A stretch of DNA of 64,000 nucleotides from Pristiophorus japonicus. Lineage: Eukaryota. The stretch is taken from positions 146,258,001 through 146,322,000 of the forward strand of contig NC_091984.1 in NCBI RefSeq assembly GCF_044704955.1, written 5' to 3'. Position 1 is the stretch's first letter. Each line of letters begins with the position of its first letter. Under the pieces are notes generated by a model that saw nothing but the letters and a program-made list of their open reading frames with translations, searched no databases and was not told where the DNA came from. Made by a program: the position numbers and the translations under genes. This document shows, in pieces, positions 36,060 through 50,995 of the stretch.

Positions 36060-39000
36060 CAGGAAGATTTACAACGATGTTGCCTGGACTGGAAAATTTT
36101 AGCTATGAGGAAAGATTGGATAGGCTGGGGTTGTTTTCTTTGGAATAGAGGAGTCTGAGGGGAGACCTTATTGAGTTGTATAATATTATGAGGGGCCGAG
36201 ATAGAGTGGATAGGACGGACCTATTTCCTTAAGCAGATTGGCCAACAACCAGGGCATAGATTTTAAAGTAATTGCTAGGAGGTTTAGAGGGGATTTGAGG
36301 GGAAATATCTTCACCCAGAGGGGGTGGGGGGTCTGGAAGTCACTGACTGAAAGGGTGGTAGAGGCAGAAACTCTCATCACATTTAAAAATTACTTGGATG
36401 TACACTTGAAGTGCTGTAACCTACAGGGCTATGGACCAAGAGCTGAAAAGTATGATTAGGCTGGATAGATCTTTGCCGGCCAGTGCAGACACGATGGGTC
36501 GAATGGCCTCCTTTCATGCTGTAAATTTCTCTGATTCTATGAAGCTCCCAGACTGCAATGAGATCATGACCAGATCATCGGCTTTAACTATGTTAGTTGT
36601 GGAATAAATATTGGCCAGGACACTGGGAAGAACCCCCATGCCCTTCCAATAATGATTATGAGATCTTTCATGTTCACTTGAGAGGGCAGATGGGACTTCG
36701 GTTTAACATCTCATCTGAAAGACGGCACCTCTGACAGAGGGAGGATATGTTTGAAGGATCATCAAATGAGGCCATATGGTTTAAAATGATGAACAGAAAA
36801 GGGGCGATCACACTGCTGGGAGTGTACTATAGACCCCTAAACAGTCAGAGGGAGATAGAAGAGAAAATATGTCGGCAATTTGCTGAGAAGTGCAAAAACA
36901 ATCGGGCAGCAATAGTCGGGGATTTCAACTCCCCTCACATTAACTGGGATGGAATCAGTGTCAAAGGTATAGAGGGTGCATAATTCTTCAAATGCATTCA
37001 GGAGAACTTTTACAGCTAGTACGTAGCAAGCCCAGCAAGGGAGGGGGCGGTTCTGGGCTTAGTTTTCGGGAATGAAGCTGGGCAGGTGGAAGGCAGATCA
37101 GTGAGAGAGCATTGTGGTGCTCGTGATTATAATTCAGTTAGATTTAGTGTAGTTATGGAAAAGGACAAAGGTAGAGCAGGAATAAAGGTTCTCAATTGGG
37201 GAAAGGCCAATTTTACTCAGCTGAGAGGTGATTTAGCAAAAGTGGGCTGGAAACAGCTACTTGAAGGTAAATCAGTGTCAGAGCAGTGGGAGGCATTCAA
37301 GGGGGAGATAGTGAGGGTTCAGAGCAAGTATGTTCCCACAAAGGAAAAGGGTGGCACTCCCAAATCTAGAGCCCCCTGGATGGCAAAGGGCATACAGGGT
37401 AGGATAAGGCAAAAAAGGGAAGCTTATGTCAGATACCCAGAGCTAAATACTGCAGAAAGCCCAGAGGTGTATAGAAAGTGCAGGGGTGAAATTAAAAAGG
37501 AAATTCGAAATGCAAAGAGAGGTCATGAAAAAATACTGGCAAGTAAAATCAAGGGATACTCAAAGATGTTTTATAAATACATAAAGAGCAAGAGGATAAC
37601 TAAAGAAAGAGTTGGGCCTATTGGAGACCAAAAAGGTACCCTGTGTGTGGAGGCGGAAGACGGTGGAATGGTTCTTAATGAATATTTTCCATCTGTCTTC
37701 ACAGAAGAGAGGGACGATGCAGACATTGCAATTAAGGAGGACAAGTGTGAAATATTAGATGAGATAAACATAGTGAGAGAAGAAGTATTAAGGAACTTAG
37801 CATCTTTGATTGTAGAAAAATCACCAGGCCCGGATGAAATGTATCCCAGGCTTTTAAGAGAAGCAAGCGGGGATATAGCAGAGGCTCTGACCATCATTTT
37901 CCAATCTACTCTGGCGACAGGTGTGGTGCCGGAGGACTGGAGGACTGCTAACGTGTACCTTTGTTTGAAAAGTGAGAACGGGATAGACCGAGTAATTACA
38001 GGCCAGTCAGCCGAACCTTGGTGGAGGGAAAATTATTGGAAACAATAATTGTCATATAGAAAGGGACATATTAATCAAGGACAGTCAGCATGGATTTATT
38101 CAGGGAAGGTCGTGCCTGACTTACTTGATTTAATTTTTTGCGGAGATAACATGGAAAGTCGATGAGTTTTGCATCTTTGATGTCGTACACATGGACTTTT
38201 GCAAGGTTTTTGGTGAGGTCTCACATGGCAGAAAAGTAAAATGCCCAGGGATCCAAGGAAAAGTGGCAAGTTGGATCCAAAATTGGCTCAGTGGCAGGAA
38301 GTTAGTGTAATGATCAACGGTGTTTTTGTGACTGGAAGGCTGTTTCATGTGGGGTTTCAAGCCAGGTTTGCTGATAATACAAAGATGGGAGGAAAAGCAA
38401 TGTGTGATGAGGATACAAAAAACCTGCAAAAAGACATAGACAGGCAAAGTGAGTGGGCAAAAATTTGGCAGATCGAGTATAATGTTGGAAAGTGTGAGGT
38501 TATGCACATTGGCAGAAAAAATCAAAGAACAAGTTATTATTCTAATGGAGAAAAATTGCAAAGTGCTGCCGTACAGCGGGACCTGTGGGTACTTGTGCAT
38601 GAAACACAAAAGGATAGTATGCAGGTACAGCAAGTGATCAGGAAGGCCAATGGAATCTTGGCCATTATTGCAATGGGGATGGAGTATAAAAGCAGGGAAG
38701 TCTTGCTCCAGTTATACAGGGTATTGGTGAGGCCATAGCTGGAATACTGCGTGCAGTTTTGGCTTCAATATTTAAGAAAGGATAGACTTGCTTTGGAGGC
38801 AGTTCAGAGAAGGTTCACTAGGTTGATTCCAGAGATGAGGGGGGTTGTCTTTTGAAGAAAAGTTGAGTAGGTTAGGCCTCGACTCATTGGGATTCAGAAG
38901 AATGAGAGGTGATCTTATCGAAACATGTAAGATTATGAGGGGCCATGCAAGGTGGATACAGAAAGGATGTTTCCACTGATAAGGGAGACTAGAACTAGGG

Positions 39001-40890
39001 GGCTTAATCTTAGAATAAGTGGACGCCCATTTAAAACTGAGATGAGGAGGAATTTCTTCTCTCAGAATCTTTAATCTCTAATTATTCTCTAATCTCTGGA
39101 TTACTCCCGATGCCATGAGCTAGTGAATACAGAAATAGGAGGATAGAGCAGATGAATGCGTGGCTGGAGAGATGGTGCAGGCAGGATGCTTTAGTTTCCT
39201 GAGGCATTGGGACCTGTACAAGCCGACCGGGTTGCCCCTCAACAGAGCCGGGACCAATATCTACGAGTGGAACATTTGCTCGTGCTGTTGGGGAGGGTTT
39301 AAACTAGCTTGGCAGGGGGATGGGAACCGGAGAATAGATTCAGTAGGGAGGGGAGTAAAGCTGGAATTAGAAAGCAAAAATAAGGAAAGTGAGTTTGAAG
39401 GAGAGAGGAAACAAGCAGATAAAAAGGATAAAAAAACAAATTTAAAGGCTCTTTGCCTAAATAACAAAATAGCTGAGTTGATGGCACAAATAGATACAAA
39501 TAAATATCATCTGATAGCCATTGCAGAGACGTGGTTGCAAGGTGACCAGGACTGAGAACTAAATACTCAGGGGTGCTTGACAATCCGGAAAGGACAGACA
39601 GAAAGGTAAAGTAGGTGGGGTAGCTCTGTTGACAAAGGATGGAATTACTGCAATCGTGAGAAATGATATTGGCTCAAATGATCTGGATGTTGAAACTGTT
39701 TGGGAGGAGATAAGGAATAATAAGGGGAAAAAGTCACTGGTGGGCATAGTCTATAGGTCCCCTAACAGTAGCAACTCTGTTGGTCGGAGAATAAACCAAG
39801 AAATAGTGGGGGCTTGTAAAAATGGAACAGCAATAATTATGGGTGATTTTAACCTCCACATTGATTGGATAAATCAAATTGGTCAGGGTAGTCTTGAGGA
39901 AGAGTTGATAGAGTGCATAAGGGACGGGTTCCTTGAGCAGTATGTAATGGAACCAACCAGGGGGCAAGCTATCTTAGATCTGGTCCTGTATAATGAGACA
40001 GGATTAATAAACAATCTCCCAGTAAAGGATCCCCTTGGACTGAGTGATGATAACATGGTTCAATTTTAAATTCAGATGGAGGGTGAGAAAGGTGGATCTC
40101 TAACCAGCGTACTGAGCTGAAATAAAGGAGACTACAAAGGTATGAGTGCAGAGTTGGCTAAAATGGACTGGGAAAATAGATTAAAGTGTAGGACGGCTGA
40201 TGAACAGTGGCGTACATATGAAGGAGATATTTCACAACTCTCAAGAAAAATATATTCCAGTGAGGAGGAAAGGGTGCAAAAGAAAAGATAGCCATCCGTG
40301 GCTAACTAAAGAAATAAAGGACGGTATCCAATTAAAAACAAGGGCATACAAAGTGGCCAAAACTAGTGGAAGGACAGAAGATTGGGAAGCTTTTAAAAGC
40401 CAACAAAGAATGACTAAAAAAATGATTAAGAAAGGGAAGATAGACGATGAAAGTAAACGAGCACAAAATATAAAAACAGATAGCAAGAGTTTCTATCAGT
40501 ATATAAAAAGGAAAAGAGTGGCTAAAGATGGTCCCTGAGAGGACAAAACCAGGGAATTAGTGATGAGGAACATGGAGATGGCAGAAACTCTGAACAAAGA
40601 TTTTGTATCAGTCTTTACGGTAGAGGACACTGAGATGAGGAGGAATTTCTTCTCTCAGAGGGTTGTAAATCTGTGGAATTTGCTGCCTCAGAGAGCTGTG
40701 GAGGCTGGGTCATTGAATATATTTAAGTCAGAGATAGACAGTTTCATAACCGATAAGGGAATAAGGGGTTATGGGGAGCGGGCAGGGAAGTGGAGCTGAG
40801 TCCATGATCGGATTGGCCATGATCGTATTAAATGGTGGAGCAGGCTCGAGGGGCTGTGTGGCCTACTCCCGCTCCTATTTCGTATGTTCT
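36060..40890 (+). mobile_element. Cluster of CR1 LINE fragments
   Basis: Endonuclease YRP/GDFN motifs, RT KSPGPD and FADNTK, and several 3' ends. Confidence 0.82.
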
Positions 40891-40904
40891 TAAAGTGAGG
40901 AGGA

Positions 40905-41352
40905 GTGGGACTAATTGGGTAAATCTTTCAAAGAGCCGGCACAGGCACGATGGGCCGAATGGCCTCCTTCTGTGCTGTAAGATTCTAGGCTGTCAGCGCG
41001 GTTCACAGTTTTCTCCCGTGTCATTAACAAACGTACAGCTGTGACAACCTCCCTCTTTCACTTCCTCTGTGGGTGAAGTTTCATTCTTCCGATCTGACAA
41101 TCTCTTCAGTTTTTTTTGCACGGGGGATTTCTGCTGTGGTCTGAGCCTCTAATAATAACCGTCCAATCAGGCAGAATAACAGCAGCTCGGACCGGCTAGG
41201 ACAGTGAACCCAGGCTCAGTGCTGACCCTGCAACGTCCTCCTCACCAACATCTGGGGACTTGTGCCAAAAGTGGGAGAGCTGCCCCACAGACTAGTCAAG
41301 CACCAGTTTGACATAGTCCTACTCACAGAATCAGACCTTTCAGCCAATGTCC
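40905..41352 (+). repeat. Inverted duplication arm 1 (partner 50996-51441), candidate Ig enhancer
   Basis: About 90% reverse-complement match to arm 2. The core has an EICE TTTCACTTCC (41056-41065), E-box CAGCTG (41036), kB-like GGGGGATTTC (41122) and CCAAT (41163). Confidence 0.85.
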
Positions 41353-41459
41353 TACTGCACCCCCACCCCTGACCTTCCTTCCCCCAAAATCCGTGAATCC
41401 TTAAACAGGAACCCTTTTGAAGAACAGTTTGTATTGAAGTTCTGGGTGAGAAAACAATC

Positions 41460-44400
41460 ACTATCACGAGAGAAAAGGTTACTCGGTAAAATAATGGAAC
41501 TAAAGGTGGACAAGTCCCCTGTACCTCATGGCCTGCATCCTAGGCTCTTAAATGAAGTGGCTGCAGAGATAGTGGATGCATTGGTTGAAATGCATCAGAA
41601 GGTCTAGTGAGGAGGAGGAACTGAAGGATATCCTTATTAGGCGGGAAATTGTGTGAGGGAAATTGATGGGATTGAAGGCCGATCAATTCGCTGGTGCTTG
41701 ATAGTCTGCATCCCAGAGTACTTAAGGATGTGGCCCGAGAAATAGCGAATGCATTTGTGATAATTTTCCAACAGTCTACTGACTCTGGATCAGTTCCTTT
41801 GGACTGGAGGGTAGCTAATGTAACACCACTTTTTAAAAAGGGAGGGAGAGAGAAAGTGGATAATTATGGACCGGTTAGCCTGACATCAGTAGTGGGGAAA
41901 ATGTTGGAATCAATTATTAAAGATGAAATAGCAGCGCAATTGGAAAGCAGTGACAGGATCGGTCCAAGTCAGTATGGATTTATAAAGGGGAAATCTTGAC
42001 AAATCTGGAATTTTTTGAGGATGTAACTGGGAGAGTGGACAAGGGAGAACCAGTGGATGTGGTGTATTTGGACTTTCAAAAGGCTTTTGACTAGATCCCA
42101 CACAGGAGATTGGTGTGCAAAATCAAAGCACTTGGTATTGAGGGTAATATACTGACGTGGATAGAGAACTGGTTGGCAGACAGGAAGCAGAGAGACGGGA
42201 TAAATGAGTCCTTTTCAGAATGGCAGGCAGTGACAAGTGGAGTGTCGCAAGGCTCAGTGCTGGGACCCCAGCTCTTTACAATATACATCAATGATTTGGA
42301 TGAAGGAATTGAGTGTAATATCTCCAAGTTTGCAGATGACACTAAACTGGGTGGCAGTGTGAGCTGTGAAAGGGACGCAAGGAGGCTGCAGGGTGAATTG
42401 GATAGGTGAGGTGAGTAGGCAAATGCATGGCAGATGCAGTATAATGTGGATAAACGTGAGGTTATCAACTTTGGGGGTTAAAAACGCGAAGACATGGTGG
42501 CAGATTAGAAAAAGGGGAGGTGCAACGAGACCTGGGTGTCATGGTTCATCAGTCATTGAAAGTTGGCATACAGGTACAGCAGGCGGTGAGGAAGGCAAAT
42601 GGTATGTTGGCCTTCATTGCTAGGCGATTGGAGTACAGGAGCAGGGAGGCCTTACTGCAGTTGTACACGGGCCTCACCTGGAATATTGTGTTCAGTTTTA
42701 GTCTCCTAATCTGAGGAAGGACGTTCTTGCTATTGAGGGAGTGCAGCGAAGGTTCATCAGACTGATTCCCGGGATGGCTGGACTGACATATGAGGAGAGA
42801 CTGGATCAACTGGGCCTGTATTCACTGGAGTTTAGAAGGATGAGATGGGATCTCATAGAAACATATAAAATTCTGACGAGACTGGACAGGTTAGATGTGG
42901 ATAGAATGTTCCCGATGTTGGGGAAGTCCAGAACCAGGGGACACAGTCTTAGGATAAGGGGTAGGCCATTTAGGACTGCGATGAGGAGAAACTTCTTCAC
43001 TCAGAGAGTTGTTAACCTGTGGAATTCCCTGCCGCAGAGGTTTGTTGATGCCAGTTCATTAGGTATATTCAAGAGGGAGTTAGATATGGCCCTTACTGCT
43101 AAGGGGATCAAGGGATATGGAGAGAAAGCAGGAAAGGGGTACTAAGGGAATGATCAGCCATGATCTTATTGAATGGTGATGCAGGCTTGAAGGGCCGAAT
43201 GGCCTACTCCTGCACCTATTTTCTCTGTTTCTATGTAAATCTACCAAAGTTCCCTGGATTCTGGAGATGTCCCAGCAGATTGGAAAACCGCAAATATAAC
43301 GACCCTATTTAAAAAAGGAAGGAGACAGAAAACAGTAAACTATAGACCAGTTAGCCTAACATCTGTCGTTGGGAAAATGCTGGTGTCCATTATTAAGAAA
43401 GCAGTAATATGACATTTGGAAAAGCATAATTCAGTCAAGCAGAGTCAGCATGGACTTATGAAAGGGAAATCATGTTTGACACATTTGCTGGAGTTCTTTG
43501 AGGAAGTAATGTGCAGGGTGGATATGGGGGAACAAGTGGATGCGGTGTATTTGGATTTCCAGAAGGGATTCAATAAGGGACCACATAAAAGAATACCGGA
43601 CACGATAAGAGAACACGGGGTTGGTGCTAATACATTAGCATGGTTAGAGGATTGGCCAACGAACAGAAAACAGAGAGTCAAGATAAATGGGTCATTTTCT
43701 GGTCGGCAACCAGTAACTAGTGGGGTTTCACAGGGATCGGTGTTGGGGCCTCACCTATTTACAATCTATATTAATAACTTGGATGAACGGAATGAGTGTA
43801 AAAAATAGAAGAGCAAATTATTATTTAAATGGAGAAAGATTACAAAATGCTGTTGTACAGAGGGACCTGGGGGCCCTTGTGTATGAAACACAAAAAGTTA
43901 GTATGCAGATACAGCAAGTAATCAGGAAGCAAATGGAATGTTGGCCTTAATTGCAAGGGGATGGAGTATAAAAGCAGGGAAGTCCTGCTACATCTGTACA
44001 GGGTATTGGTGAGACCAGACCGAGAGTACTGTGTACAGTTTTGGTCTCCTTATGTAAGGAGGGATATATTTGCACTGAAGGCAGTTCAGAGAAGGTTCAC
44101 GAGGTTGATTCCTGAGATGAAGGGGCTGACTTATGAAGAGAGGTTGAGCAGGTTAATCTGAACATAAGAAATAGGAACAGGAGTAGGACATACGGCCCCT
44201 CCGCCATTCAATAAGATCTTGCCTGATCTGATCATGGACTCAGCTCCACTTCCACGCCCGTTCCACATATTCTTGTAAACGCCAAAGAGTATGAGAGGTG
44301 AACTTATTGAAACATATAAGATTCTGAGGGGACTCGGTAAGATAGATGCAGTGAGGATGTTTCCACTCATAGGGGAACCTAGAACGAGCGGGCAGAGTTT

Positions 44401-44690
44401 AAGTATAAGGGGTCGGTCATTTGGAACTGAGATGTGGAGGAATTTCTTCTCTGAGGGTTGTAAATCTGTGCAATTCTCTGCCCCAGAGAGCTGTGGAGGC
44501 TGGGTCATTGAATATATTGAAGGTGGCGATAGACGGATTTTTGAACGATAAGGCAGTAAAGGGTTCTGGGTAGCAGGCAGGGAAGTGGAGCTGAGCCCAT
44601 TATCAGATCAGCCATAATCTTATCGAATGGCAGAGCAGGCTCGAGGGGCCAAATGGCCTAGTCCTGCTCCTATTTCTTATGTTCTTATGA
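41460..44690 (+). mobile_element. Nested CR1 LINE fragments (~41605-43235 inserted into another copy)
   Basis: RT motifs [10 protein letters not shown] and KFADDTK. The outer copy resumes at ~43236. Confidence 0.82.
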
Positions 44691-45899
44691 TTCTTTGGCC
44701 TAGAATTTCCCCGGACAAGCACCAGCCAATAAGAGGGTTTTGTTCAACTAATCGCAGCCGCCTTGCTTGCGGCCCGGGACACGTCATCCACCATTTTGGT
44801 AAGGGCCTTACCGCTGTCGTTGGCAGCACTCGCCTCACAATGAGGATTGTCAGATGGTGACACCAATGCCTGGCTCGAGCCATGACTGTTAATTGGGGCG
44901 TTTGCGCTCACCATATGGCCCTGCCCTAAGCACACACAGAAAAGCAGGCGTGAAGCAGCCCTGCACAGATGCTGTTGGTGCTTCTTAATGGGGCACACAT
45001 CTTTCAGGTATGTTTGCATTTAAGCTCTGGTCTGTTTTAAACAATATATTTTATGGAAGTAGTAGCTTGGTGCAATAAATGTTAAATATTTTTTCAGTGT
45101 GCAGGGAATGCAAGGTGTGCTGCTGGACGTGTTCAAGGCCTTGGGTGGTAAAGAAAGGTCCCTGGAAAGACCGGGAATGCTGGAAATACTCAGCAGGTCA
45201 GGCAGCATCCATGGAGAGAGACAGAATTAACATTTTAGCTCAAGCTGCTGTCTGACCTGCTGAGTATTTCCAGCATTTACTGTCTTTATTTCAGATTTCC
45301 AGCTTCTGCTCGCAAAGGGAGGAGGAGGAAGTGGAAGGAAGGAGGCAACCCAGACAGCCACTTTCTGGCCGGGATATCCGGGATCGAATCATCCGCCTGT
45401 GGTCCCAGTGACCACATCCCCAATCCCCTTTCAACATTAGTCCCACACCTTAGCGTCCCTCTGTTACTGACCATCACAGCGTCCTCTTGGCCACAGTGCT
45501 GAAATAAAATCGTGAATCTTCGGAAATCTCTATTCCAGAGAGCTGTGGAAGCTGGGTCATTGAATATATTTAAGATGGAGATAGACAGATTCTTGAACTA
45601 CGGGGAGTCACGGGTTGTGGGGAACAGGTAGGGATGTGGAGTTGAGGCCAAGATCAGATCAGCCATTACCTTATTGAATGGTGGACCAGCTCGAGAGGCC
45701 ATACGGCCCACTCCTGTTCCTTTTCCTTATATTCTTGTGTACGAGTCCTGATTGCTGGAGTTTGTTGGTAGGTGGGTGATGGGGGCGTGGTGCATTGAGC
45801 AGCGTGTGAGGCTAGTGGTGCTGTTGGTGGGACACGGACTTTGAAGATGAATTTGCTGACCTTGACCACTCCGTTAGGTCATTGAACGTTTGGCGGCAC

Positions 45900-47000
45900 T
45901 GCATCCAGGTCCTCAGGTCCTGGTCTCACTGCCTTTGAAACGTTTGTCTGGTGCAGCCTCCTCGCTCCCTTGGATAGAGAACATCTCTACCCCCTCTGCA
46001 CCTCCTCGCTTGGTGGCAACACTGTTTCAGACCCTGATGAGTTCCTGGTAAAAGACATGCAGCCCCACATGGTGCTCCTGATGCCCCCAGGCTCACAAAC
46101 AGGAGCTGCGTGTCATAATTGAGGCAGTACTGCTGGCGGAAGAAATATGTCATCAGCGCACACCATCTAGGAAGGGGCTCGACGTACAGGTATCTCTGCA
46201 GGATCTGAAGATGGAAATTCGCATGCTGGGTACTGACGCACACCAACGCCTGACCTCCCTCCCTAAACAGGAGACTCAGAACCACAGCAGAGACCCAGTG
46301 CTTCCTGTTGTCCAGAAGAAGTCCACCAGCTTCTTCTGTATCTTGGCGACAAAAGCAGGGGGGGGGGGGGGGCAAAGTGACCAGCCGGTACCACAGCATT
46401 GCGGCCACTAGCTGGTTTATGACTAGTGCTCGACCCCTGTAGGACAGCACTTGGAACAGTCCTGTTCAGCGCCCTCGGCGAGCGGCAACTTTGTCCTCCA
46501 GCTCTTGCCAGTTCACCAGCAAGGCTTCCTCATCAGGGCTAAGGTAGACTCCCACATAGAGGAGATGGGTCATGCTCCAGGAAAAAGACCTGGACTCCTC
46601 TGGCAGGGAGTTCATCTGCCAGTGACCGACCAGGAGTCCGGAACATTTCTCCCAATTGATCTTGGCGGAGGATGCGGCCGAGTAAATCTCCTGGCACTCA
46701 TGCATCCTCAGTAGGTCAATGGGATCCTCGACCATGAGGAGCACATCATCAGTGTAAGCCGAGAGGACAACCTCCACGCACGGCCCTTACAGAGCCAGTC
46801 CCGTCAACCTCTTCCGCAAGAGGCGCAGGAAAGGCTCCACTCAGATGGCATATAACTGGCCAGGCATTGGGCATCCCTGGCACACCCCTTTCCCAAAGCG
46901 AAGGGACGCCGTCAAAGACCCGTTAACCTTAATCAGACAATCCATGCGGCATACAAAAGTCAAATCCGGGCGACGAAATGTGTCCCAAACCCGAAAGCAT
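45900..47000 (-). mobile_element. Tx1-clade LINE RT fragment
   Basis: GCPMPGQLY, SAYTDDV, SSAKINWEK and LSYRGRALVINQLVAAMLWY. Confidence 0.8.
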
Positions 47001-47004
47001 GCAG

Positions 47005-48010
47005 AGCCTCTCTGGCTACAGGTGTGGTGCCGGAGGACTGGAGGACTGCTAATGTTGTACCTTTGTTTAAAAAGGGAGAAAGGGATAGACCGAGTAATTA
47101 CAGGCCAGTCAGCCTAACCTCAGTGGTAGGGAAATTATTGGAAAAAATCCTGAGGGACAGGATAAATATTCATTTAACAAAACACGGATTAATCAAGGAC
47201 AGTCAGCATGGATTTGTTAAGGGAAGATCGTGTCTGAATAAAGTGAATTTTTTGAGGAGGTAACCAGGAGGATTGATGAGGGCAGTGCATATGATGTAGT
47301 GTGTATGGATTTTAACAAGGCTTTTGATAAGGTCCCACATGGCAGACTGCTCGTGAAAGTAAAAGCCCATGGGATTCAGGGCAAAGTGGCAAGTTGGATC
47401 CAAAATTGGTTCAAAGGCAGGAAGCAAAGGGTAATGGTCAACGGGTGTTTTTGTGACTGGAAGGCTGTTTCCAGTGGGGTTCCGCAGGGCTCAGTACTAG
47501 GTCCCTTGCTTTTTGTGGTATATATCAATGACTTGGACTTGAATGTAAGGGGCATGATCAAGAATTTTGCAATTGAAACTAAAATTGGCCGTGTGGTTGA
47601 TAATGAAGAAGAAAGCTGTAGACTGCAGGAAGATATCAATGAAATGGTCAGGTGGGCAGAACAGTGGCAAATGGAATTCAATCCGGAGTAGTGTGAGGTA
47701 ATGCATTTGAGGAGGGCTAACAAGGCAAGGGAATACACATTAAATGGTACGACACTGAAAAGTGCAGAGAAACAAAGGGACCTTGGAGTACAGGTCCACA
47801 GATTCCTGATGGTAGCAGGTCAGGAAGGTAAGATGGTTAAGAAGGCAGATGGAATACTTGCCTTTATTAGACGAGGCATGGAATACAAGAGCAAGGACAT
47901 TATGCTTGAACTGTATAAAACACTGGTTAGGCCACAGCAGGAGTACTGCGTGCAGTTCTGGTCACCACATTACATTACAAGAAAGATGTGATTGCTCTGG
48001 AAAGGGTGCA
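47005..48010 (+). mobile_element. CR1 LINE RT fragment
   Basis: VPEDWRTANV, DFNKAFDKVPH and GVPQGSVLGP. Confidence 0.85.
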
Positions 48011-49619
48011 GAGGATGCAGAGGTTACAGGGCTACGGCCAGAGAGCTGGAAAGTGGGATGAGGCTGGATAGCGCTTGGTTGGCCGGCGTGGGTCGAAACG
48101 GATTCCCTCCGTGCTGTGAATTTCTATGATTCTATCATGGACAGATGCATCTACAACAGGCAGATTGTTGAGGACGAGGTCAAGTAGGTTTTTCCTCGTG
48201 TTGGTTCTCTCCCCACCTGCTCTGGGCCCAGTCTGGCAGATATATCATAGAATCATAGAATCACAGAGGTTTACAGCACAGAAGGAGGCCGTTTCAGACC
48301 ATCACATCCACTTTCCAGCTCTGGGTCCATAGCCCTGCAGGTTACGGAACTTCAAGTGCACATCCAAGTACTTTTTAAATGTGGTGAGGGTTTCTGCCTC
48401 TACTAATGAAGGACCTAATATTCCAGGTCCTGACCTACATCCTGAAGGGTGGAAGATGCTTGTGCGTGGATTTTTTTTAACATGTGGTGACCGTTGCACA
48501 CCAGCCTTCACACGGGCTCGACAGAGCTAGGTCTTGGTCCAGTGGCAAGGGTTAACCAGGACGACTGGAGACCTGCTCTGCTGTACGGACCGAGTGTGCA
48601 CACATATCGCAGTGTGGGCTGGCCCGTGCTACCCCTGGGCCCCTGGCCACACCCCCACGACCCTCTGGGTGAAGAAATTTCCCCTCAAGTCCCCTCTAAT
48701 CACTTTAAATCTATGCCCCCTGATTGTTGAGCTGGAGGAGGAAATTCAGAAACTCCAACCCTGAGTTCAAGCACAGACCATTGCTTCCTTGAGTATGAAT
48801 TGAAGCATAATTAAAGTTACATGCTCTGTTGAAGATTTTGTTCATGGGAATAAAACTTATTTTATTGTAGGAGAGAGCAATTTCAGGTCATATTTTTGTG
48901 CCTGGCTAACAGAAATAGGTCCATCCTACCAACTCTTTCCAGGCCCCTCATAATTTTATACACCGCAATCAAGTCTCCCCTCAGCCTCCTCTGTCCAAAG
49001 AAAACAAACCCAGCCTATCCCATCGTTCCTCAGAGTTAAAATTCTCCAGTCCAGGCAACATCCTCATATATCCTCTCTACCCTCGGTTTAATGTCTCATC
49101 CGAAGAAATCGTACTGTTAATTAAACACTGAAGGCAAGAACTTTGAAGTGTTGGGAATACTCAATGTATCAAGACAGGAACATTGTAAACATTGATTGTG
49201 GCATCATGCACTCACAACCTCCCCATAGTATGCACAATGTGAGCACCAGACCCGAGGACAGAACCCAAGGAGATGTGCCCAGCACCAATCCAGGACAATG
49301 ATCAATGTAAAGCCAAAGCTGAATGTTATCAGGGCTGCTTTGCCGATGATTGCCCTGTGATCGCGGGCACCAGCAGCACACACACCTCTTGTGGGTACAG
49401 TCGTGTTGTGGTTATGTTGCTGCAGAGCACTCCACAGGCCTGCACTAATAATCCCCACAATCTCACCATGGCCCTTTGACTATTTCAATTCAGCTCTTTT
49501 TTAAATTCTAGAAATAAAAAGCTGGTCTCAGTAAAAGTGACCACAAAGCTGTCAAATTGTCACAAAAGCCCAATTGGTTCAGTGACATTCTTTCGGGAAG
49601 GAAACCTGCCGTCCTCGAC

Positions 49620-50655
49620 TCATAAAAGGTTACTGCCCAAGATAAGAGCTCACGGGGTTGTGGGTAATATATTAGCATGGATAGAGGATTGGCTAACTAA
49701 CAGCAAACAGAGAGTCGGGATAAATGGGTCATTTTCAGGTTGGCAAACTGTAATTAGTGGGGTGCCGCAGGGATCAGTGCTGGGGCCTCAACTATTTACA
49801 ACCGAAATTAATGACTTGAATGAAGGGACCGAGTGTAATGTAACCAAATTTGCTGATGTACAAAGATAGGTGAGAAAGCAAGTTGTGAGGAAGACACAAA
49901 GATTCTGCAAATGGATATAGACAGGCTGAGTGAGTGGACAAAGATTTGGCAGATGGAGTATAATGTTGGAAAATGTGAAATTATCCACTTTGGTAGGAAA
50001 AATAAAAATTATTATTTTAATGGGGAGAGATTACAAAATGCTGTGGTACAGTTCATTGATATCTTCCTGCAGTCTACAGCTTTCTTCTTCATTATCAACC
50101 ATAGCCGAGTTTAGTATCATCTGCAAACTTAGTATCATCTGTAATCATTCTCCCTACATTCAAGTCTAAATCACTGATATATACCACAAAAAGCCAGTGA
50201 CCCAGCACTGATCCCTGCCGAGCCCCACTGGAAACAGCCTGCCAGTCACAAAAACACCCATCAACCATTACCCTCTGCTTCCTGCCTCTGAACCAATTTT
50301 GGATCCAACTTGTCACTTTGTCCTGGATCCCATGGGCTTTTACTTTTGTGACCAGTCTGCTATGTGGGACCTTCTCAAAAGCCTTGTTAAAATCCAAATA
50401 CACTGCATCATATGCACTGCCCTCATCAACCCTCCTGGTTATCCCCTGAAAAAATTCAATCAAGTTATTCAGACACGAACTTCCCTGAACAAATCCATGC
50501 TGACTGTCCTTGATTAATCCGTGTTTTGTTAAATGAAGATTCCTCCTATCCCTCCCCGGAGGTTAGGCTGACTGACCTGTAGTGACTCGATCTATCCCTT
50601 GCTCCCTTTTTAAACAAAGGTACCACGTTTGCAGTCCTCCAGTCCTCCGGTACCT
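49620..50655. mobile_element. Two CR1 RT fragments joined in opposite orientation (+ 49620-50050; - 50051-50655)
   Basis: GVPQGSVLGP on +; DFNKAFEKVPH and KFADDTK on -. Confidence 0.75.
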
Positions 50656-50995
50656 GGGATTGCAATGTCAGCATCGCCCCTCTCGGCCAGCTCGGTCAGT
50701 AGTGGTGCTACCGAGACACTCTTGGTGATGGACAGTGAAGTCCCCCACCCAGAGTACATTCTGTGCCCTTGCTACTCTCAGTGCTTCTTCCAAGTGGTGT
50801 TCAACATGGAGGAGTACTGATTCATCAGCTGAGGGAGGGCGGGAGGTGGTAATCAGCAGGAGGTTTCATTGACCGTGTTTGACCTGATGCCATGAGACTT
50901 CATGGGGTCCGGAGTCAATGTTGAGGACTCCCAGGGCCACTCCCTCCCGACTGTATACTACTGAGCCACCACCTCGGGTGATGGAGGAGTCTGGG

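Noticed and set aside
49169-49479. Hydrophobic short ORFs in unique sequence
   Set aside because: Stops in the candidate frames and no recognisable family.
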